A stretch of DNA of 63,915 nucleotides, filler included, from Lama guanicoe (Eukaryota): the NCBI GenBank assembly GCA_013239625.1. It is 171 parts of 171 records of this genome, joined end to end, with 100 filler letters (N's around TTAATTAATTAA, not from the genome) between each part and the next. Parts side by side here need not be neighbours in the genome. Positions count along the whole stretch, not along the records: positions 11,969 to 12,242 come from PNXV01051921.1; positions 12,343 to 12,616 come from PNXV01051922.1; positions 12,717 to 12,990 come from PNXV01051923.1; positions 13,091 to 13,364 come from PNXV01051924.1; positions 13,465 to 13,738 come from PNXV01051925.1; positions 13,839 to 14,112 come from PNXV01051926.1; positions 14,213 to 14,486 come from PNXV01051927.1; positions 14,587 to 14,860 come from PNXV01051928.1; 163 more parts are not named here. One strand, given 5' to 3'. The translations under genes and the position numbers were made by a program. The notes below the pieces were generated by a model. It saw only the letters and a list, made by a program, of their open reading frames with translations. It was not told the DNA's origin and made no database searches. Position 1 is the first letter of the stretch. Each line of letters opens with the position of its first letter. Positions 11,869-24,581 of the stretch are shown here, in pieces.

Positions 11869-13090
11869 NNNNNNNNNNNNNNNNNNNNNNNNNNNNNNNN
11901 NNNNNNNNNNNNTTAATTAATTAANNNNNNNNNNNNNNNNNNNNNNNNNNNNNNNNNNNNNNNNNNNNATACTGACACAGCATTGAAAATTGTATCTATA
12001 TACATATGTACGTGTGTATATATATTTATAAAAATTACTTTAAGTACTGTTATCTCTCAGCGTATAATCCGTCTCTTATCCACACCGCTAATCCCATCAC
12101 CTTCATTTCCCAGCGAGACTGTAGCCCGGAAATCCACACCAGCCTCCCTGCCTGGTTCATTTTCTGTGCTGAAGCCACAATGACGTGCTAAAATGTAAAT
12201 CACACATACAGCTCTTCTACTTAAAGCCACTCAAACAGCTTTNNNNNNNNNNNNNNNNNNNNNNNNNNNNNNNNNNNNNNNNNNNNTTAATTAATTAANN
12301 NNNNNNNNNNNNNNNNNNNNNNNNNNNNNNNNNNNNNNNNNNCCTATCAAGGGAGCAAACCGGTTTGGGATCAAAATGAGAATGCAACAACACTGGCATG
12401 TGAGCTTGAGATTATCAAAATATCCCATGACAACAACCAAAGCTTCTGGAGTCCCAGGGACCAATTTCGCATTTCAGCAATCAAGCACGTGTGGGGCTCA
12501 ATCAGAGCCATCATGCACCTTGTCTGAATAATCCAGGGGCCCTTGGGTTTGAAATCAGAATCCAGTGCCATAGTATCTGCCACTTTCATAGGCAGGACTG
12601 GGATTAGGGATTGGTANNNNNNNNNNNNNNNNNNNNNNNNNNNNNNNNNNNNNNNNNNNNTTAATTAATTAANNNNNNNNNNNNNNNNNNNNNNNNNNNN
12701 NNNNNNNNNNNNNNNNGGTGCAGGCTGAGTGCCTGGGGTGAAGTCACCGAACAGAGCTGAAGAATTGCTAAGATACTATCACGGACCAGAGTCAGCATTC
12801 AGTCATTCCTAATCCGAGTTCCTTCCTCATCACCATGTTTGTTATCTACTCACATACACAGCAGTGGAAAGCACTTAGCACCTTGTACAAAATATTCTGA
12901 TGGAGAATATTCAGCTTTTAAGCTTATGCCCTGGGACCAGATCCTGTTCTTGAGAAAGATGATGAATTCAGGATGCTGTTATCTATGGATNNNNNNNNNN
13001 NNNNNNNNNNNNNNNNNNNNNNNNNNNNNNNNNNTTAATTAATTAANNNNNNNNNNNNNNNNNNNNNNNNNNNNNNNNNNNNNNNNNNNN

Positions 13091-13364
13091 AAAAAAGTGG
13101 CAACAGGTATCACTGACAAAAAACATTCAACATACAGGCACCTAAAGAAATCCTACACATCAATGAGCACAAGAGACATTCCACCAGAAAATGGGCACAG
13201 CACACTGAACAAGCACATCACAAAAAAGAAATTTAAATGGCCAATGAATACAACAAGGCTACCCGTTCCATTAGTAATTAAGGATATGTTAATTTAAAAC
13301 ACAATGAAATACCATATCATTACACACACACCAGACTGACACAATTTTTAAACCAAGCAAGAAT
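13091..13364 (+). mobile_element. Old L1ME-type ORF2 fragment
   Basis: 'aaaatgggca...tgaacaagcacatcacaaaaaaga...aaatggccaatgaa...aaaacacaatgaaataccat'. Confidence 0.75.
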
Positions 13365-13464
13365 NNNNNNNNNNNNNNNNNNNNNNNNNNNNNNNNNNNN
13401 NNNNNNNNTTAATTAATTAANNNNNNNNNNNNNNNNNNNNNNNNNNNNNNNNNNNNNNNNNNNN

Positions 13465-13625
13465 TGAGCATTTTCCTTATGGCAGGCACTGTGTTGTGCG
13501 TTAAGTATTACCTGTAATACTAAGCACAGGTCGAAGCCATCATCAGTCTACATTTTACAGCTGAAGAAACTGAGGTTCATAGACAGTAACTTCTTCAAAG
13601 TGACTCAGCTGATGAGAGGCTGAGC
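13465..13625 (-). mobile_element. MIR SINE
   Basis: 'cattttacagctgaagaaactgaggttca...aacttcttcaaagtgactcagct'. Confidence 0.8.
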
Positions 13626-13669
13626 TCGCGCAGAAGGAAGGGCTGTCATTAGGGTGGCTGTTGTTAATC

Positions 13670-13738
13670 CTGGCTCCAGGTTAGAATCACCTGAGGGGCT
13701 TTCAAAACCATACTGATGTCCAGATCTCCACCATAAAT
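13670..13738. mobile_element. MER5-like hAT element fragment
   Basis: 'ttagaatcacctgaggggctttcaaaaccatactgatg'. Confidence 0.6.
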
Positions 13739-14669
13739 NNNNNNNNNNNNNNNNNNNNNNNNNNNNNNNNNNNNNNNNNNNNTTAATTAATTAANNNNNN
13801 NNNNNNNNNNNNNNNNNNNNNNNNNNNNNNNNNNNNNNCTGACTGCCTCATGATGTTTTTAAAGGTAAGGATTGCTGCAGCTCTTTCTTCCAGCGAAGGC
13901 TTGAGAGGTGATGAGAATCAGGATGGGAATGCCAGTGAATGCAAAGAGGATCCCAAGAGACCAACGTGGGAACAGAATGAAAGTTGATGGCAGTGGTTCC
14001 CATAATGTGATTCAGAGGCCACAAGGTCACACTGGGGGCCGTCATATTGATCTGTATGAAAGCTCATGTCTATGCTTCGCTTCCGTCAGAAAGAATAAAG
14101 AATTATATTTTANNNNNNNNNNNNNNNNNNNNNNNNNNNNNNNNNNNNNNNNNNNNTTAATTAATTAANNNNNNNNNNNNNNNNNNNNNNNNNNNNNNNN
14201 NNNNNNNNNNNNTTTTTTTTGGTAGCTCATCAAAGAGAAAACTATGTTTCTTATTTGTCTCTTAGTTCATACATTTTGTTTTTTCACTCAGATAAAGTGA
14301 GGATCGGACTCTCCCATCTTCCTGACGTTTGTGACATTACATGAGACACATATATTTATGCAAATCGGGTACCAGGGAATCACAGGATGACAATGATACG
14401 TTATTTAATATCATACATAATCAAGACGATTTGTATATTAAATACTTGATTTTAAACACATTTTTTCTCTTTCAAAAATGAAACACNNNNNNNNNNNNNN
14501 NNNNNNNNNNNNNNNNNNNNNNNNNNNNNNTTAATTAATTAANNNNNNNNNNNNNNNNNNNNNNNNNNNNNNNNNNNNNNNNNNNNGTATATTTGATCTT
14601 CAGTAGCCATTCCTTCCTTCTGGTCACCACCTAGTCTGAAGTCTTGGCAACCTTCTCATGTTGATTTAC

Positions 14670-14820
14670 TTTTATTTTTTAAACAATTTTTATTGTGGTA
14701 TGTTCCTATAGAGTAAACTACACATATTTCAGATGTATATTTTGATGAATTTTGATACATATCTACACCCATGAAACAACTGCCACTCTCATGATAGCTA
14801 ACATTTCCAGGACTCCCCAA
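14670..14820 (-). mobile_element. Old L1 3' end (antisense)
   Basis: T-tract followed by 'tttattgtggtat...gatgaattttgatacatatctacacccatg'. Confidence 0.75.
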
Positions 14821-14960
14821 GAGGTGCAATTTTCAAAATCAGAATTTATCCCTTCCCACTNNNNNNNNNNNNNNNNNNNNNNNNNNNNNNNNNNNNNNNN
14901 NNNNTTAATTAATTAANNNNNNNNNNNNNNNNNNNNNNNNNNNNNNNNNNNNNNNNNNNN

Positions 14961-15234
14961 TATATATATATAGGATACAAGTCCTTCGTCAGATACGTGA
15001 TTTGCAAATATTTTCTCCCAGTCTATGTCTTGTCTCAGCAGTTTTTCACTTAGCAAGAGTTTTTAATGAAGTCTGAGTTATCAAATTTTTATTTTACAGA
15101 TAATGCTTTTGGTATCATATCAAAGAATTCTTTGCCTAGGCCAAAATCACTGAAGTTTTCTCCTATGATTTCTTCTAAAGTTTTTATAGTTTTACGTTTA
15201 AATCTATGTTCTATGTGGATGGAATTTTTTTTTT
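14961..15234 (-). mobile_element. L1 ORF2 fragment (antisense)
   Basis: 'ggatacaagtccttcgtcagatacgtgatttgcaaatattttctcccagtct'. Confidence 0.9.
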
Positions 15235-16456
15235 NNNNNNNNNNNNNNNNNNNNNNNNNNNNNNNNNNNNNNNNNNNNTTAATTAATTAANNNNNNNNNN
15301 NNNNNNNNNNNNNNNNNNNNNNNNNNNNNNNNNNCCCTCCCTGCCCTACCCATGCAGAGATCTGACCACAGAAAGGAAAATGCAGCGAGCTTCGGCGCTA
15401 TGCCAAGCAGATACGGAGCAAATCCTTGAAGTCTGGCTAGAAAACAAAAATGAAGATAGAAAAGTGAAGCCGTGACATCAGCAGCTATGTGACATCGACA
15501 GGGAGATTTCAAAGTCATTCCGGGGATGTTACAAAACAAACATACAAAACAGTCAAAGAACTGTAGCAACATTTACAAATCTTAAAAACAAAAGGTCAGA
15601 ATCCAGACNNNNNNNNNNNNNNNNNNNNNNNNNNNNNNNNNNNNNNNNNNNNTTAATTAATTAANNNNNNNNNNNNNNNNNNNNNNNNNNNNNNNNNNNN
15701 NNNNNNNNATCACATCCAAAAGGGTAAAATATCTGGGAATAAACCCACCTAGGGATACTTTCCATGTGCATTTCTAAACTCTGAAAGGCCACAGTCCAGT
15801 GAGGGATGGGGCAGAGAGCTTCTTCACTAGGGAGAGATGTAACAAACATGAAGCTGTCCAGCACGCCCGTCAGCCTTCTCTAAAGCACCAGGCCCCAGAT
15901 AAGCATCTATCATAGCTTATCCCATGACTTTCTATAGTAGCCCTATGAGGCTTGTTCTTTTACCATCCCACATGTCAAAAGANNNNNNNNNNNNNNNNNN
16001 NNNNNNNNNNNNNNNNNNNNNNNNNNTTAATTAATTAANNNNNNNNNNNNNNNNNNNNNNNNNNNNNNNNNNNNNNNNNNNNGGCATGAAAAATGCTCAG
16101 GTAAGAAAGCTTATCTGAGGATATCAAATCTCTCATCCAAGGTATTAATAGTGATCACACTGTGTAACTCTATCCTAGGGCAATAGACAATACAATTTTT
16201 ATAAACGTTTAGTGCTGTAACTGACATAGCATAATACACACTCATTATAAGCAATGAGTTTTGACAAATGTATACACACATGTAACTACAACCACAGTTA
16301 AGAAACCCAGCATTCTTTTCTCCTCCACAAAGTTTCTTCATGCTCCATGCACTCATNNNNNNNNNNNNNNNNNNNNNNNNNNNNNNNNNNNNNNNNNNNN
16401 TTAATTAATTAANNNNNNNNNNNNNNNNNNNNNNNNNNNNNNNNNNNNNNNNNNNN

Positions 16457-16730
16457 CAACCTCACAATAGCAGCAAAAACAATAAAATACTTAGAAATAT
16501 ATTTAAGATGTCAACAGATTGTATACTGAAAACAATAAGCCGTTGAAGAAAAAAACTGAAGATGACATAAATGGAGAGATATCTCATGTTCATGGACTGG
16601 AATAGTTAAAATTGTTAAAATGTTCATACTACTCAAAGTCATCTACAGATTTAATTCAATCCCTATAAAACTCCAATGGCCTTTTTTTCAGAAACAGAAT
16701 AAACAACCCCAAGACTCACATGGAACTACA
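16457..16730 (+). mobile_element. L1 ORF2 fragment
   Basis: Decayed IKYLGI...KWRDI.CSW.G...IVKM.IL.K.IYRFN.IPIK.PMAFF motif. Confidence 0.92.
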
Positions 16731-18077
16731 NNNNNNNNNNNNNNNNNNNNNNNNNNNNNNNNNNNNNNNNNNNNTTAATTAATTAANNNNNNNNNNNNNN
16801 NNNNNNNNNNNNNNNNNNNNNNNNNNNNNNCATCCTTATCATAATTTTTGTCTTCACCGCTATTGACTAGGAGTTCCCTCAGGAGGCATGGGTCAAAGAG
16901 GTTTTGCTGGACTAAATAAGAATGATTCCACATTCACATTTTCTTTTTAAGTACATTTTATTCCCTATTTATGGTTAGAAACTATACCTTATTTGTACAA
17001 ACAAACTAAGTTATTTCTCAGGATAAAATCCAGGCTGTTTATCTGCATAATATCCAACTGAGAATGGTTAGAACCTGGGATATTTCTCATCATATTTTTT
17101 TTTTNNNNNNNNNNNNNNNNNNNNNNNNNNNNNNNNNNNNNNNNNNNNTTAATTAATTAANNNNNNNNNNNNNNNNNNNNNNNNNNNNNNNNNNNNNNNN
17201 NNNNCAGGGCCAGAGGGCACTGGAATAGCCCAGAATTGGGGAATGCCAGGTGCCTGGTGAAGCACACAGAGGCCCCTGGAAGACAGTGTCCAGGCATCCA
17301 AGGTGCAGGGCATGAGGGTGCCCAGAAGGAGCAGAGGATAGAGTCCAGCCTGGACACCACCCCCTGCTTGGCCATGAGAGGTCATGAGAATCGGGACAAG
17401 CCAGGGCCCTGCTGGGACTCCTCCTCATTCAGCAAAGAGGCGAGAAAAAGACAAGGAGACAAGTGCAGCTGACCCCACNNNNNNNNNNNNNNNNNNNNNN
17501 NNNNNNNNNNNNNNNNNNNNNNTTAATTAATTAANNNNNNNNNNNNNNNNNNNNNNNNNNNNNNNNNNNNNNNNNNNNTGAAGCTTTTACCTTTCTTCTA
17601 CGATCTTTACCTCGGTGCATCATGCTCTTTTTTATTTGCTATTTAACATCATTTTAAGTAAGTAAAAACTAAAAATTTAAATTATTGGCATGAATTTTAC
17701 CATTTATATTATACAATGCCAATTTTAAACATACATTTAAAAGCATTTGATTCATATGTGGAATCATCAAAATTACAGGCTGCGTATTTTGTAGCTCATG
17801 CCTGCGTATATGTTTTGTTCTTTCCAAAACAGTGGAATTCCTGCACGATACTNNNNNNNNNNNNNNNNNNNNNNNNNNNNNNNNNNNNNNNNNNNNTTAA
17901 TTAATTAANNNNNNNNNNNNNNNNNNNNNNNNNNNNNNNNNNNNNNNNNNNNAGGGTAGGAAGGAGGTAAATAAGAAGGCATTTGGTAGAGTGTGTGTGT
18001 GCGTGAGCGCGCGCATCCTTACATGTAATGTGATCCACAAAACAGCGCTAAGTCTGTGGCCTTAGATGCTGCCTGTA

Positions 18078-18226
18078 CAATAGTTCCCCCCTTATCCCCA
18101 GGGGATACAGCCCGTGACTCCCAGAGGGTACCTGAAACTGCAGATATATAGGTACCAAGCCCTAAATAAACTGTGGGTTTTTTTCCTATACATACATACC
18201 TATGATAAAGTTTCATTTATAAATTA
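18078..18226. mobile_element. TcMar-Tigger (MER44/Tigger7-like) terminal fragment
   Basis: TA target dinucleotide at 18076-18077, then TIR-like 'caatagttcccccttatcc' and 'cctatacatacatacctatgataaagttt'. Confidence 0.8.
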
Positions 18227-18700
18227 NNNNNNNNNNNNNNNNNNNNNNNNNNNNNNNNNNNNNNNNNNNNTTAATTAATTAANNNNNNNNNNNNNNNNNN
18301 NNNNNNNNNNNNNNNNNNNNNNNNNNTATAATATTAATTAGAAGAGAAATGAAAATATATCTGTCTCATCAAATGTAAAGCCTTACCCTATTTTAACTAC
18401 CCAGGAAACAATACAACTGTATTATACACCATTTGCATGTGAATTCTCACTTACTGTTTTAAGTGTGAGCAGATTCCGAGGAAAGAAAAACTCTTATGAC
18501 TGAAATATAAATTAAGATTAAATATAGGCATTATATATATATATACACACATAAATATTCTTACAGCCTAACTCAAGGATATCTGTATATATATCAAATG
18601 NNNNNNNNNNNNNNNNNNNNNNNNNNNNNNNNNNNNNNNNNNNNTTAATTAATTAANNNNNNNNNNNNNNNNNNNNNNNNNNNNNNNNNNNNNNNNNNNN

Positions 18701-18974
18701 TTTTGATATGCTTATTTGCCCTCTGTGTATTTTCTTTGGTGAGATGTCTATTAATGACTTTTGGCTACATTTAGTCAGGTATTTTTGTTTCACTGTTGAG
18801 ATTTAAGTGTTTTGTGTATATTGAAGGTAATAGTCCTTTATCAGATGTGCCTTTTCAAAATATTTTCTCCAAGTAAGTGTCTTCTCTGTCATTCTTTTGG
18901 TATTATCATTTCTCTAACAAGTTTTTAAATTCAGTTATACTTTTCAACTTCATGTTTCCCATTCTTATTTTTTT
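18701..18974 (-). mobile_element. L1 ORF2 fragment (antisense)
   Basis: 'tttctttggtgagatgtctatt...tagtcctttatcagatgtg...aaatattttctcc'. Confidence 0.85.
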
Positions 18975-19822
18975 NNNNNNNNNNNNNNNNNNNNNNNNNN
19001 NNNNNNNNNNNNNNNNNNTTAATTAATTAANNNNNNNNNNNNNNNNNNNNNNNNNNNNNNNNNNNNNNNNNNNNTCCCAGCACTGTGGTCAGGTGCTGCA
19101 TTCCTGCCTGGAAAGCAGGTTGCTGCCTTCCCTTTCCCGTGCCAGTTGCTCCACTGCTCTGTGCAGCTGCTCGCTCTGCCTTGGGTCTGCGTTCCAAAGG
19201 CGGGCTTGGGGAAGACTGCGGAGACCCAGTGAACGAGCACCAGTCCTCCTTTGCCCCTCCCTCCCCGCGGGATTGGTCCTGCACTGGTTTGCTTTTTCTT
19301 TTTTCTTTTTTCCTACCCAATTTTTGGTGTCTTTGTCTTTCAAAGAGGNNNNNNNNNNNNNNNNNNNNNNNNNNNNNNNNNNNNNNNNNNNNTTAATTAA
19401 TTAANNNNNNNNNNNNNNNNNNNNNNNNNNNNNNNNNNNNNNNNNNNNTGTCATTTTATTTGGAATCTACATTTTCTGTCAATTCTTTAAAAACATAAAC
19501 ATGATTATTAAGATACTATAGTTTTAAGACACCTTGTGAAATAAAATCAACTGTTCTTCTTTTTTAAAAAATGTGTCAGAATTTTTATTTAGAATTCACT
19601 ATCGAAAGGAAATTGGATGTGAATGAGTTTTAGAAGGGTGGGACGCCTTTTGGAGACTTTTTTTAACTCATCCCTTTTTATAGAGAGGGACAGTGTTGCC
19701 TTGGGGTAACTTAAGTATCTTTNNNNNNNNNNNNNNNNNNNNNNNNNNNNNNNNNNNNNNNNNNNNTTAATTAATTAANNNNNNNNNNNNNNNNNNNNNN
19801 NNNNNNNNNNNNNNNNNNNNNN

Positions 19823-20096
19823 ATTCTCAGATGGAATGTGCTGAAAATGGAAATTCTCCAGTCCCTCAAAGCTTCCTCCTTAGCAGTTCCCTGTCTCAGT
19901 AATTGCTAACTCTAACCTTTTAGCTTTGATTAAAAAAAAAAAAATGGAATCATCCTTGACTCCTTTCTCTATCATGTATGAACTATTAGCAAATCCCGTC
20001 ATCTCTCCATTCAAAATGTATTCAGAATGTGATTACTTACCACCACTCTTGCACCACTACCACCGCTGGCCAGACAACCGGCATCTCCCATTTAAA
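19823..20096 (+). mobile_element. L2 LINE fragment
   Basis: 'catccttgactcctttctct...attagcaaatcc...ttcaaaatgtattcagaat'. Confidence 0.7.
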
Positions 20097-21692
20097 NNNN
20101 NNNNNNNNNNNNNNNNNNNNNNNNNNNNNNNNNNNNNNNNTTAATTAATTAANNNNNNNNNNNNNNNNNNNNNNNNNNNNNNNNNNNNNNNNNNNNAAAA
20201 AAATGTAATCTTTTAGCCCTAATAGGATGGGTGTTAAGGTTGAACATGGCAGTCCTATTTCTTCCAGATATCTATGACTTTCTCTCTGACCCTTTCTCAT
20301 TATCTTTGACACATTTTCTTTTTGTTCAATGCTTTCATTTTTGAATTCTATGTGCCCTATGATTGTAGAGAAATGAGATCCTTTATACATTTTCATTGAG
20401 CCTATTTTTCAGAGAATTCTCTTTTTCTTCAGTTTTTCCCTAATTACTGCCAATTCTCGTTTCCTCTATCNNNNNNNNNNNNNNNNNNNNNNNNNNNNNN
20501 NNNNNNNNNNNNNNTTAATTAATTAANNNNNNNNNNNNNNNNNNNNNNNNNNNNNNNNNNNNNNNNNNNNATTATTTCCCTAACATCTCTCTACCATCCA
20601 GTAGAATCCACATCACAGGAACCAGACAAGGGCATCCAAGCAGAGTGATTCGTTTTCATACACGAAAACAAACCTGGAGCACTTAAGAAAGCGCACCTGG
20701 CTTGCAAAAACACCGAAGCACAAAATGCACCACCCCAGAACAGAGGTGTGATCCGTGGAGCGCAGGCCTGCGGGCTGGACAGACAGCCATCACCACTGGG
20801 CTGTGACTGACAGCTGGCTCTCGGAGGAAGGAACACTTCCTTAGNNNNNNNNNNNNNNNNNNNNNNNNNNNNNNNNNNNNNNNNNNNNTTAATTAATTAA
20901 NNNNNNNNNNNNNNNNNNNNNNNNNNNNNNNNNNNNNNNNNNNNAGGGAAATGGGATATGATGAAAAAAATTCTTTGTTTTTTCTTTGTTTTTTAAATAA
21001 GTAAGAGTACATCATGTTTGCTGATGGAATGATCTAGTAGAATCAGGGTAGAGAGATAATTTATAGAAGGGAGGGACGTTTTCTGGGGGCATTGCTTGAG
21101 TAGGTGAAAAGGCATCCCTTTTCTGAGTGTGAAAATGGACAAGCTCGCCTTAGCATAGAGCACAGATAGTCTGTGTTGCAGGAGAGAATGCTGAATCTGA
21201 CCGCTGTTATGAATACGTNNNNNNNNNNNNNNNNNNNNNNNNNNNNNNNNNNNNNNNNNNNNTTAATTAATTAANNNNNNNNNNNNNNNNNNNNNNNNNN
21301 NNNNNNNNNNNNNNNNNNATGTAGTCTTAGGTTGAGTTCCTTAAAAGTAAATCCTAGATTGGGGTTCTCTGTGCCCATCGTTTTCTGAGAAAAGTAGGTT
21401 AAGATGAAAAGGAAAAGACTAAGAATGGACGTGGCCCCGCTGGGCTCCTGGTCCAGCCTGACCTCATGGGGCGATGTGGATGTGAGATGCACCACAGAAG
21501 TGACCCTTCCCATCTTGAATCGTGGGGGCCAAGCAGCTGACTCCTGTGCTCCAGGACAAGGCCGCCGTTGGAACAGGGCCACAGCCTAGCAGNNNNNNNN
21601 NNNNNNNNNNNNNNNNNNNNNNNNNNNNNNNNNNNNTTAATTAATTAANNNNNNNNNNNNNNNNNNNNNNNNNNNNNNNNNNNNNNNNNNNN

Positions 21693-21966
21693 GGTCCTAG
21701 AGATCAGAGTCCACTCGGGGTCCCATTGTCTCTGCAGGGCCGGGCAAACATTTACTTACCAAACATCTGCTTTTCCATCTCCATGTGAATCACCTTCCTC
21801 CCCTTCAAAGTCCCAAACCACTACCCACGACATCCTCTTGTCTTTAGCTGAAGAAAATATTTAAGGTGAGCATTTTAGCCACTTTGGCAAGTTACTCAGT
21901 CTTCCTGGGCCTCTCCCGGGTACACACGGTAGTAAACATTTGATTTTCTCTTGTCAATCTGTCTCA
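21693..21966 (+). mobile_element. ERV1 LTR (MER34/MER39-like) fragment
   Basis: 'aagttactcagtcttcctgggcctctcccgggtacac...ttttctcttgtcaatctgtct' is homologous to the reverse complement of 29970-30190. Confidence 0.7.
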
Positions 21967-22066
21967 NNNNNNNNNNNNNNNNNNNNNNNNNNNNNNNNNN
22001 NNNNNNNNNNTTAATTAATTAANNNNNNNNNNNNNNNNNNNNNNNNNNNNNNNNNNNNNNNNNNNN

Positions 22067-22339
22067 CTCTCAGTACTAAGCATGTGGAGACACTTTTGTT
22101 AATGTAGCCCAAACGGAATTGGTTGCAGGAAAAGCACTTACTCGCGTTTCTCAGTTTGTTTCCTAGTGGCAGTTTGAAGTTTCTGCCATTTTCACTGCTG
22201 AGCCATGTTGGAGATAGTACTTCCCATTTATATGCATGAGTTGGGGTTTTCAACTGAAAAGAAACTTTGTGTTCCCAACAAGCTAGGTGAATAATGGCTT
22301 TCACACACACTTAGCTCTCAGAACTGAGCATGTGGAGAG
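22067..22339 (+). repeat. ~248-bp tandem satellite, one monomer plus the start of the next
   Basis: 'ctctcag.act.agcatgtggaga' at 22067 recurs at 22315 (period 248). Shares 'gaaactttgtgttcccaacaagcta' with 35156-35427. Confidence 0.9.
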
Positions 22340-22439
22340 NNNNNNNNNNNNNNNNNNNNNNNNNNNNNNNNNNNNNNNNNNNNTTAATTAATTAANNNNN
22401 NNNNNNNNNNNNNNNNNNNNNNNNNNNNNNNNNNNNNNN

Positions 22440-22713
22440 GGCTGTGTTCCCACCCAGTATGTTGTTTGGCCTGCGGCTTCCCAGCCCTTAAGCCTACAGG
22501 CCGTTAGGTGGGGCTAGGTCTTGGTGACAATGATCCAATCAAGGTGTCAGCCTCCAGGAAAACTCATGTAGATGAACATTCCCAAAATGTCTGTGACCAG
22601 CTTTTTTGTCCCCTGGTTGAGCTGCAGCTGTCCCCTACCTCCCCAGGAAACCTTCCAAAACCAACAGTCAGGTCTGGCCCAGGTTCCTATGAAATCACTG
22701 CCTCTGCCCTTGG
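22440..22713 (-). mobile_element. Cetartiodactyl-type L1 5' UTR fragment (antisense)
   Basis: 'ggctgtgttccc...gttgtttggcctg...ggtggggctaggtcttggtg...gcctccagga...gatgaacattccc'. Confidence 0.7.
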
Positions 22714-22813
22714 NNNNNNNNNNNNNNNNNNNNNNNNNNNNNNNNNNNNNNNNNNNNTTAATTAATTAANNNNNNNNNNNNNNNNNNNNNNNNNNNNNNN
22801 NNNNNNNNNNNNN

Positions 22814-22935
22814 TTTCTATGTTTCAGTCTTCTGGAGAATTCCTTTTCTTCAGGAAACCTCAATCTTTTCTTTTCTGGTCTTTGACTAACTGAATGAGGC
22901 ACATATACTTTGTGTAAGGTAACACTCACTGTAAT
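22814..22935 (-). mobile_element. MLT2 (ERVL) LTR fragment
   Basis: 'gaattccttttcttcaggaaacctcaatctttt...tgactaactgaatgaggc'. Confidence 0.55.
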
Positions 22936-23561
22936 AAAATCATCAAACAGTAATATCATGTGAAGTAGTGTAAATTAACTCTGAATTTCCAATTAGACCA
23001 ACAATTAGAATAATTCTTTATTTATCAGAGAAACTTACGTAAATCACTAATTTCAGTATGTTGAAAGTTAGCATTAAATGATCAGAANNNNNNNNNNNNN
23101 NNNNNNNNNNNNNNNNNNNNNNNNNNNNNNNTTAATTAATTAANNNNNNNNNNNNNNNNNNNNNNNNNNNNNNNNNNNNNNNNNNNNCCAGAGTGCCTCT
23201 TTGAATTCATAGCTCGGATGACAAATGGCATCTTAAAATGCCTCATGTCCACCATTTACTATGGAATTCAACCCCTTACAGGTAACTCCCAGGTTCCCAT
23301 TTTAGCAACAGCCCCAGCACCCACATAGGTGTTTGAGGTCACATTCAATTTCCCCTGTTCGCTCACCCCAGCCCTGCCCTGGAATCAGTCCTGTTATTTC
23401 TGTCACTAAGCTCATCTCAAGTCTGGTTCTGCAGGGACCATGGCCGTAACCCCACAAGCTCNNNNNNNNNNNNNNNNNNNNNNNNNNNNNNNNNNNNNNN
23501 NNNNNTTAATTAATTAANNNNNNNNNNNNNNNNNNNNNNNNNNNNNNNNNNNNNNNNNNNN

Positions 23562-23833
23562 GAACACAGAATTCAGATTATAGAATACAGAATACTGAAT
23601 ATAGAATTTATAATATAGACTGTAGAAAACATAATATAGAATATAAAACACGGAAAGCAAAATATAGAACGTACAATATACAATGAAGAACAAAAAATAT
23701 AAAATATAGAATAGAGAATATAGTACCCAGAATTAAGAAATAGAGTGCAGAATAGAGAATTTAGAATATTGAATACAGAAGACAGAACACAGTTTTTAGA
23801 ATATAGAATGTAGAACACAGAAAAAAGATTATA
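23562..23833 (+). repeat. Degenerate 7-bp tandem array (consensus ~AATATAG)
   Basis: The whole contig is variants of agaatat/agaatac/agaacac with 7-bp periodicity. Confidence 0.85.
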
Positions 23834-24307
23834 NNNNNNNNNNNNNNNNNNNNNNNNNNNNNNNNNNNNNNNNNNNNTTAATTAATTAANNNNNNNNNNN
23901 NNNNNNNNNNNNNNNNNNNNNNNNNNNNNNNNNAAATAAATCAGACTAAGTGCATATCAACTTGATATAACCCCACAGAGAAGTAGCAGGTTCTCAACAC
24001 TGTAGTCTGACAGCACACTTGGTGGAACTTATCAGCTAAATCCAAACTGTGGGACTTTCTGTAAGTCATCTGTCTTGCAATTTTCAAAAATATTGTCACA
24101 ATTGACAAAATAGGCCAGGGAGGCTGTACTAGATGAACGGGGACCACAGAGACAAGACAATGTGATCCTTTCTTGGGTGTTGAATTCAACAACAAAAGAC
24201 AGCTATANNNNNNNNNNNNNNNNNNNNNNNNNNNNNNNNNNNNNNNNNNNNTTAATTAATTAANNNNNNNNNNNNNNNNNNNNNNNNNNNNNNNNNNNNN
24301 NNNNNNN

Positions 24308-24581
24308 GAACTGATCAACAAATTCAGTAATGTTGAAGAATACTAACTATATCAATATAAAAAATTCAGTTGTTTTTCTGTGCACTAACAATAAACCATT
24401 ATAAAAAGAAATCTCATTTACAGTAACATCAGAAACAATAAAACAGAAATAAATTCAATCAAGAAGGTGAACAATCTGTACACTGAAAACTATAAGACAT
24501 TGATGAGAGAAACTGAAGAATTTACAAGAAAATAGAAATATATTCATGATGATGAATTGGACAAATTATTATTGTGAAAAT
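24308..24581 (+). mobile_element. L1 ORF2 fragment
   Basis: 'gaactgatcaacaaattcagtaa...ctgtacactgaaaactataagacattgatgagagaaa' (ELIN.FS...LYTENYKTLM.E). Confidence 0.9.

Noticed and set aside
12343..12616. Possible processed pseudogene (long semi-open frames)
   Set aside because: All six frames were read and no recognisable protein was found; frames contain stops.
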